Both the position numbers and the translations under genes were made by a program. From NCBI GenBank assembly GCA_900553785.1, contig USES01000001.1:45995-109994 (forward strand): DNA of 64,000 nt, in the 5' to 3' direction. A model generated the notes under the pieces. The model did not search any database and was not told where the DNA came from. It saw only the letters and a program-made list of their open reading frames with translations. The stretch comes from an uncultured Clostridium sp. (GTDB lineage: Bacteria > Bacillota > Clostridia > TANB77 > CAG-465). Positions 57,665 through 64,000 of this stretch are shown here, in pieces (the first letter of the stretch is position 1; each line of letters opens with the position of its first letter).

Positions 57665-59983
57665 CTACAAAATCTCTAAAGTAGAAGAACCAACTATTAA
57701 TCTCTTTGTACCAAATCTGTCAAAATGTATTTCAGCAATTAAAGAATCATCGCTATCATCTAAGGTAAGAATTTGTCCATCACCAAACTTTTTATGTCGT
57801 ACTCTCATTCCCACCTCAAATTCTGGCATATCCAAATTATCACTTTCTATTTTAATTTTATTTGTTATACCATTTACGTTTTTTAAGAAACTTGAAACAT
57901 CAATACCAATACTTGAAGATTTAGAACTTTTACCAGAAGAATTTCTAAAAGTGAAAATAGAATCTGCTCCTCCATTTCTAATAAACTTTTGAGTAGCTCC
58001 ATATTCATCATCATTATATCTAGAAGATGTTTTATTATATCCATTTTCTTTGTTATCTAAAGCTTTTTCAGAATAATCTTCATCTGGTACTTCGGAAACA
58101 AATCTAGATGGAACTGTATATGTTGTAGAGCCATACATCGTTCTTTGTTTTGCCATTGTAAGAGTCAAGTGCTTTTCTGCTCTAGTTATTCCAACATAAC
58201 ATAATCTTCTTTCTTCTTCTACATTATCTTCATCTATAGCGCGTCTAGAAGGGAACAATCCCTCTTCCATTCCAACCATAAATACTACTGGATATTCCAA
58301 TCCTTTTGCATTATGCATTGTCATTAAAGTAACTGCACTTTCAGATTCATCAAGATTATCTATATCTGAAACTAATGCAATACTATCTAAGAAATCTCCT
58401 AAAGCGTTATCTGCAGACTCTTCATCAAAGTTTTTAGCAACACCAACTAATTCCTTAATATTCTCTATTCTACTATCACTTTCTTTAGACTTGTCTATTT
58501 CCAATTCATGCATATATCCTGTAAGAGATAATACTTTATCTATTGTATCAGCATTAGATAGTCCCATACTTACACTATCACGTATACTTTTAATTATATC
58601 TCTAAATTCAATAAGCTTTGCACTACATCTAAATCCAGCCACCTGGATATCATTTTCAAGAACTTCAAACATACTTGTTCCACTATTTTCTGCTATCTCT
58701 CTAATTTTGTCTACTGTGGTGTCACCAATACCTCTTTTGGGTTCATTTATTACTCTTGTAAAGGATACATTGTCCTTTGGGTTATTTATAAGTTTTAAAT
58801 ATGAAATTATGTCTTTTATCTCCTTACGGCTATAAAACTTTAGACCACCTATTATTCTATATGGAGTTCCTTCTCTCATAAATACTTCTTCTATTGCACG
58901 TGATTGTGCATTAGTTCTATATAACACAACAAAATCTGAATAATTATAATTATTATCTCTTGCCATCTTATCTATTGTATCTACAATATACTGGCCCTCA
59001 TCATACTCATTTTTAGCAAAGAACAAGTCAATTTTATCACCATCATCATTTTCAGTCCACAATGACTTATCTATTTTAGATTTATTGTTCTTAATTACAG
59101 CATTTGCAGCCGCTAAAACCGTCTTTGTGCTTCTGTAATTTTGTTCCAGTTTAACTACTTTAGCGTCTTTATATGCCTTTTCAAATTCCAATATATTTGA
59201 AATATCCGCTCCTCTAAATCCATATATACTTTGAGATTCATCACCAACAACACAAACATTGCCACTAGCACCAGCTAACATATATATTATTTTAAATTGT
59301 GCATGATTTGTATCCTGATACTCATCTACTAATATGTATTTAAATTTATTTTGCCAGTATTCAAGTCTAGATGGATTTTCTTCAAACAATCTTACCGTCA
59401 AAAATATTAAATCATCAAAATCTACTGAATTATTTTTCTTAAGCAACGCTTGGTATTCTCTATATACTTTAGCAATTTGCTCTTCTTTGTAATCTCCAGA
59501 GGCTTCCCTCTCATAATCTACAGCTGTTTTTAATTCATCTTTGGCTTTGCTTATACTACTAGCAATAGAAGAAGCACTAAATTTATCTTCATCTATTTTT
59601 AAATCTTTCAAAATTTGTTTAATTAGCTTCTGCTTATCTTGTTCATCTATAATGTTAAAATCCTTTGAATATCCTAGATATTCTATATCTCTTTTTAAAA
59701 TCCTCACACAAATACTATGAAATGTTCCAAGCCATTCAACTTTTACATTTTCTCCCACTAAGCTTTCTACTCGTTCTTTCATTTCCTTTGCTGCTTTATT
59801 TGTAAAAGTAACAACAAGTATTTCCCATGGATTGCAAAGTCCTTGTTCGATAAGATATGCAACTCTATGCGTTAAAACGCGTGTTTTACCAGAGCCTGCT
59901 CCCGCTAGTATAAGTAAAGGTCCTCCCGTATATGCACACGCCTCTCTTTGCACTGGATTTAGTTTTTCTAATAACTCGCTCAT
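57665..59983 (-). CDS. pcrA: ATP-dependent DNA helicase PcrA/UvrD
   Basis: Walker A GAGSGKTRVLTHR, UvrD helicase motifs and a C-terminal Tudor-like tail. Confidence 0.9.
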   Translation of the reverse strand: MSELLEKLNPVQREACAYTGGPLLILAGAGSGKTRVLTHRVAYLIEQGLCNPWEILVVTFTNKAAKEMKERVESLVGENVKVEWLGTFHSICVRILKRDIEYLGYSKDFNIIDEQDKQKLIKQILKDLKIDEDKFSASSIASSISKAKDELKTAVDYEREASGDYKEEQIAKVYREYQALLKKNNSVDFDDLIFLTVRLFEENPSRLEYWQNKFKYILVDEYQDTNHAQFKIIYMLAGASGNVCVVGDESQSIYGFRGADISNILEFEKAYKDAKVVKLEQNYRSTKTVLAAANAVIKNNKSKIDKSLWTENDDGDKIDLFFAKNEYDEGQYIVDTIDKMARDNNYNYSDFVVLYRTNAQSRAIEEVFMREGTPYRIIGGLKFYSRKEIKDIISYLKLINNPKDNVSFTRVINEPKRGIGDTTVDKIREIAENSGTSMFEVLENDIQVAGFRCSAKLIEFRDIIKSIRDSVSMGLSNADTIDKVLSLTGYMHELEIDKSKESDSRIENIKELVGVAKNFDEESADNALGDFLDSIALVSDIDNLDESESAVTLMTMHNAKGLEYPVVFMVGMEEGLFPSRRAIDEDNVEEERRLCYVGITRAEKHLTLTMAKQRTMYGSTTYTVPSRFVSEVPDEDYSEKALDNKENGYNKTSSRYNDDEYGATQKFIRNGGADSIFTFRNSSGKSSKSSSIGIDVSSFLKNVNGITNKIKIESDNLDMPEFEVGMRVRHKKFGDGQILTLDDSDDSLIAEIHFDRFGTKRLIVGSSTLEIL

Positions 59984-60729
59984 ATATTCTTTTCCACCTC
60001 TATTATTCCACCATAATCTATTATATCTAACCCTTCGAAATAATGGAATTTTAACCCTTTGCTTTCGATAAATTTTTGTATTTTGCTGCCGTTTATTAGG
60101 TTGGCTTTGTCTCCAAAAAGTATCACTGTGTCACCCAGCCTTACTAATGCTCCCCCTATAAATCCAGACATATCTGAATACTCAAAACGCATTCTTTCTT
60201 CATCTACAAATATTTTGTTTGTCCTTTTTAGTAATTTTATATCTGGCTCAGATACATAAAGTACATCCACACCTAAATCAAGTAATGTTCTAGCAATTCC
60301 TATATCTGAAACTATGCAAGCGTTATCTGATAAAACACAAGTGCTGCACTTCGTGTAACCTTGATCTACCTGTACAAGATTATACCCTGCTCCTTTTAAA
60401 TATGCTAACACATTTTTGTCTGTATGTTTGAAATTATGAACTGCGTTTCTCCCGATAATAGCCATGTTATATAGAACATCTTCCGGGTACGCACTACCCA
60501 CTTCAGAATTTCCAACTAGCATATTAAAACCATCTATTTTTTTACCTGGTGCGCAAAAAATATTTCCATTTACATTTAAATAGTATATATCTACATGAGA
60601 AGATATCTCGTCATAAGTCTTCAAATTAAATTTATTTTCTATAATTTCATAGCCTAAAGACTTAATATACTCTTTTTCAACTTTTCTCATCCTAAAATCT
60701 ACAATGCAATACTTAGACAAAATTACCAC
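59980..60729 (-). CDS. Conserved hypothetical protein (249 aa) translationally coupled to pcrA
   Basis: Its ORF end overlaps the pcrA start by 4 nt. No recognisable motif. It does not resemble PcrB. Confidence 0.45.
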   Translation of the reverse strand: MVILSKYCIVDFRMRKVEKEYIKSLGYEIIENKFNLKTYDEISSHVDIYYLNVNGNIFCAPGKKIDGFNMLVGNSEVGSAYPEDVLYNMAIIGRNAVHNFKHTDKNVLAYLKGAGYNLVQVDQGYTKCSTCVLSDNACIVSDIGIARTLLDLGVDVLYVSEPDIKLLKRTNKIFVDEERMRFEYSDMSGFIGGALVRLGDTVILFGDKANLINGSKIQKFIESKGLKFHYFEGLDIIDYGGIIEVEKNI

Positions 60730-60980
60730 CTTGTAAAAGTATACAAGGTGATAAATTTTTTGTCAATAAAACATGATTAAAGTTTTAAATTTAACATATT
60801 ATATTCACTTCTTAATATTCGTTCAACAACATACGATAAATAAAAATGAGATCAGAGTTTAGTCTCTAATCTCGCTTTTTTAAATCCCAATTTAATGGCT
60901 GGGTTCACCGCTTTTTAATGCCTTTTGACTATAATAATAGTTATATTTTAACACAAATACTATGTTTTTTCAATAACAAA

Positions 60981-62054
60981 TTAATCACCAAAACCTATTC
61001 CCATTGCTCTGGCTGTTTTTACAACAGGGTTTGTTTTTACATCTAACACCCTTGGTGCCCTTTCTTTAGGATATTGCATTTTGACAAGTTTATCGCTATC
61101 CATGCCAACTATATACCCTGATTCACCAGAATTTAATAGCTCAAACGCATAATTTCCAAGTTGTACTGCAAGTATTATATCCTGTGCAGAAGGCGTACCG
61201 CCACGTTGAACATGGCCTAACACTACATGTCTGCACTCAATTCCTGTTTTTTCCTCTATTTGTCTTGCAAGTTTTTCTGCAACGCCACCGTATCTTACCT
61301 GATCAAAACTATCTTTTAAGACAAGTGACACTGAAGATTTTTTACCTACTTCTTTAGCCGCTTCAGAAATGGCAACAATAGCATACCTTTTATATTTCGT
61401 AACTTCTTCTATTTTTTTACATACTTTATCTAAATCATAATCTAATTCTGGTAAAAGTATAACATCTGCTGCAGACGCAACTCCACTATACAATGTCAAA
61501 AATCCAGAAGTTCTACCCATTATTTCTACAGTTATAACTCTTCTATGAGAAAATGCTGTAGTTCTTACTCTAGATATTGCTTCTTTAACTGTTTCTACAG
61601 CAGTAAAGAACCCTATTGTTGGCATACTAGCTACCATGTCATTATCTATGGTTTTAGGAATTCCTACAGTAGGTAAACCTCTTTCATCAATAACTCTAGC
61701 AGAATCTAATGTACCATCTCCTCCAATTACGACTAGTCCTTCTACACCCTGTGCTTTTAACTTGTTTATGCCATCATCCGTTTTATCCTCATATTTCATA
61801 TTCTTCTTATCTACAAGATAATAAAATGGGCATTCTTTATTTGAAGAACCAAGCATTGTTCCTCCAAGTTCTTCTATATCTGCTACATCCTCGGGTGTAA
61901 GAGGTCTATATAGCCCCTCTACAAACCCTTTATATCCATCTATAATACCAACTACTTCAACTCCTTTTTGGTGAGCACTAAGTACTACAGATTTAATTGC
62001 TGCATTAAGACCAGTACAGTCTCCTCCAGCCGTCATTATTGCTATTTTCTTCAT
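60981..62054 (-). CDS. pfkA: 6-phosphofructokinase
   Basis: MTAGGDCTGLNAAI, GGDGT and PKTIDNDM motifs. Confidence 0.85.
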   Translation of the reverse strand: MKKIAIMTAGGDCTGLNAAIKSVVLSAHQKGVEVVGIIDGYKGFVEGLYRPLTPEDVADIEELGGTMLGSSNKECPFYYLVDKKNMKYEDKTDDGINKLKAQGVEGLVVIGGDGTLDSARVIDERGLPTVGIPKTIDNDMVASMPTIGFFTAVETVKEAISRVRTTAFSHRRVITVEIMGRTSGFLTLYSGVASAADVILLPELDYDLDKVCKKIEEVTKYKRYAIVAISEAAKEVGKKSSVSLVLKDSFDQVRYGGVAEKLARQIEEKTGIECRHVVLGHVQRGGTPSAQDIILAVQLGNYAFELLNSGESGYIVGMDSDKLVKMQYPKERAPRVLDVKTNPVVKTARAMGIGFGD

Positions 62055-62074
62055 ACGTTACCTCTTTTCTTTAA

Positions 62075-64000
62075 TTAAAATGTGATTGTTTTTTCACTAA
62101 CTAAAGTATTATCTATGTATATCTTTATTTTTGCATCACTGAAGCCATTTATACTAACTGTTGTATCTGCATATGGCTCGCTAACTGTTGCATTATACAC
62201 AGTGTTTGTTACACCCTCCACAGTCGCTTCCACTCTAACTACTATGTTTCCTGTCTTTCCAGCAGCCAACGTAGATATAGGTATTGTAGCTGTTGTAGTT
62301 TTTTGTAGTCTATTTACTGTAAGTTCAATCATTGTTCCTTCATCAACTTCTGAGTTTTGCTTTATACTTTGTGCTAAAACAACTCCATCAGCTTTACTCG
62401 TATCTGTATCATAATTTACATTTACAACAAGCTTTAGTTTATCCAATTCTGCTTTAGCATCTGAATATTTATCCCCAAGTACACCAGGAACTATTACTTT
62501 TACTTTGCCATTACCTTCACTTACTTTTATGTTTATTTCTTTTCCTTTATTTACAATCTCACCTTTTTTGACATCCTGTTCTATTATTAAATTTGCTTCA
62601 ACTTTATCGTTCTTTTCAAATTTAAACACTGGTTTAAGACCAAGTGATTCTAACTCATATTTTGCTACTTTATAGTCTTTGCCAACAACTTCTATCATAG
62701 TTACTGTCTCTGCGCCTTTGCTAATATTAACTTCTATTTTACCGCCTACTATTTTTTCGCCTTCTTTTACTGATTGATAAACTATCACTCCTGCTTCATG
62801 TTCTGCATCATTTACATATTTACCAACTGTAAGAGCAAGCCCTTTTTTCTCATATTCAGCCTTTATGTCCTCATATACCTGACCTATAAGATTTGGAGCA
62901 ACAGTTATTACATCTACATTTTCAACCGGTTTCTTTGAATTTATAGTTTTAATAAGCTTTGCAGCTAAAATGCCAAGGCCAGTTAAAGAAATCGCAGCTA
63001 TAATACATATACTTACTATCATTACATTTTTCTTAGATTTGCTCTTCTTTTCTTTTGTATTCTCTCTCATTCCCTTGCGTCCGCCAAACTCTGCATCTTC
63101 CAATTTAGGTTTATCCTCTGGCTTTACCCCTATAATTGGAACTACTTGAGTAAAACCACTACTCTTTTTCTCCTCTGCCTTATAAAAAATATGAGACGGA
63201 TTATTTATTGCAGCAAATATATCATCTAACATTGCGCTTGCTGACTGATACCTGTCAGAAGGTTTTTTAGCCATAGCTTTAAGTATTATATCATTCAAAG
63301 CAAGTGAAACAGAAGGTTCTATGTCCTTTGGAGGAACTGGATCTTCTTGAATTTGCTTTAGTGCTACTGTTACAGGTGTATCTGCATTAAACGGCAATTT
63401 TCCTGTTGCCATTTCATACATTACAACACCTAAAGAATATATGTCAGATTTTTCATCAGTGTAACAACCTTTGGCATGTTCTGGTGAAAAATAATGAACT
63501 GATCCCATGGTACTAGATGCACTCGTTATGGTATCCTTAGAACTCATTTTAGCTATTCCAAAGTCAGTTACTTTAGCAATATTGTTTGATGTAAGCACAA
63601 TGTTTTGTGGTTTAATGTCTCTATGTACTATTTTTGAATTGTGAGCAGCTTCTAAAGCAGATGCAATCTGGCTTGCATATTTTAATACCACATCACTCGG
63701 AAGCTTTCCTTTTTTTTCTATTTCATCTTTTAAAGTATCACCCTCTAATAGCTCCATTACTATATAGTTAATGCCGTTTTCCTCTCCAACATCATATACT
63801 GATACAATGTTTGGATGTGTTAAACTTGCTGCTGATTGAGCTTCTGCCCTAAAACGTTTAACAAACTCTAAATCTCTAGAATACTCATTTTTTAAAACTT
63901 TTACTGCTACATACCTATTAAGCAACTTACATCTGGCTTTATATACGGTAGCCATACCACCTTCGCCTATTTCTTTTAAAATTTCATATCTTGCTCCTAG
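62075..64000 (-). CDS. prkC: Ser/Thr protein kinase with C-terminal PASTA repeats (PrkC-like). Partial: the N-terminus lies beyond the window end.
   Basis: A Hanks kinase catalytic loop HRDIKPQNI, DFGIA and a TM segment followed by PASTA-like repeats. The upstream reading frame continues to the window edge (LGARYEILKEIGEGGMATVYKA). Confidence 0.8.
   Translation of the reverse strand, partial: LGARYEILKEIGEGGMATVYKARCKLLNRYVAVKVLKNEYSRDLEFVKRFRAEAQSAASLTHPNIVSVYDVGEENGINYIVMELLEGDTLKDEIEKKGKLPSDVVLKYASQIASALEAAHNSKIVHRDIKPQNIVLTSNNIAKVTDFGIAKMSSKDTITSASSTMGSVHYFSPEHAKGCYTDEKSDIYSLGVVMYEMATGKLPFNADTPVTVALKQIQEDPVPPKDIEPSVSLALNDIILKAMAKKPSDRYQSASAMLDDIFAAINNPSHIFYKAEEKKSSGFTQVVPIIGVKPEDKPKLEDAEFGGRKGMRENTKEKKSKSKKNVMIVSICIIAAISLTGLGILAAKLIKTINSKKPVENVDVITVAPNLIGQVYEDIKAEYEKKGLALTVGKYVNDAEHEAGVIVYQSVKEGEKIVGGKIEVNISKGAETVTMIEVVGKDYKVAKYELESLGLKPVFKFEKNDKVEANLIIEQDVKKGEIVNKGKEINIKVSEGNGKVKVIVPGVLGDKYSDAKAELDKLKLVVNVNYDTDTSKADGVVLAQSIKQNSEVDEGTMIELTVNRLQKTTTATIPISTLAAGKTGNIVVRVEATVEGVTNTVYNATVSEPYADTTVSINGFSDAKIKIYIDNTLVSEKTITF

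Noticed and set aside
192-60259. Dozens of 60-140-aa ORFs antisense to or overlapping the long genes, for example 821-1207(-), 5365-5559(-), 22175-22585(+), 23767-24111(+), 29675-30007(+), 53349-53846(+) and 61636-61821(+)
   Set aside because: These are shadow ORFs inside confidently assigned genes on the opposite strand or in another frame. They have hydrophobic or low-complexity translations and no independent signals.
1-64000. CRISPR arrays, IS elements, transposases and prophage structural genes
   Set aside because: There are no regularly spaced short repeats, no terminal inverted repeats with a transposase ORF, and no phage capsid, terminase or tail genes anywhere in the window.

Overview
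This is a low-GC window (visually about 28-30% GC) typical of a Clostridia-like spore-forming Firmicute. Most of it is dense core housekeeping.

Core genes include prmC, a short whiA-like gene, hemW, polA, a YebC-family gene, clpX-clpP-tig, an rnj-gltX-ileS-nifS operon, rho, rimO, gatC-gatA-proS-gatB, recO-era, spoVS, pcrA, pfkA and the start of a PASTA Ser/Thr kinase.

Three accessory blocks stand out.

(i) An ~11 kb single-promoter polysaccharide operon (7.8-18.8 kb). It carries two paralogous Wzy/O-antigen-ligase-like polytopic proteins. The second is fused to an Alg14-like domain and is followed by an Alg13-like partner. The operon also encodes a Wzx flippase, GT32, 2xGT2 and GT4 glycosyltransferases, a UDP-GlcNAc 2-epimerase and a TupA-like ATP-grasp protein. 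It has no priming transferase, chain-length regulator or transcriptional regulator. It ends at an AT-rich gap followed by a Xer-like tyrosine recombinase bracketed by ~32-bp direct repeats.

(ii) A cyclic beta-1,2-glucan synthase (Cgs/NdvB-type: GT84, cyclization domain and GH94 region). It is split into two adjacent ORFs of 1846 and 718 aa with a 13-nt out-of-frame junction.

(iii) Two tRNA-adjacent small genes, next to tRNA-Trp and tRNA-Glu, with visibly higher GC and different codon usage, each with its own promoter and terminator.

Other oddities: proS is embedded between gatA and gatB, ileS has no T-box leader, and RNase J carries a Lys-rich N-terminal extension.

All calls come from reading the translated ORFs and the sequence. 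No database searches were run.
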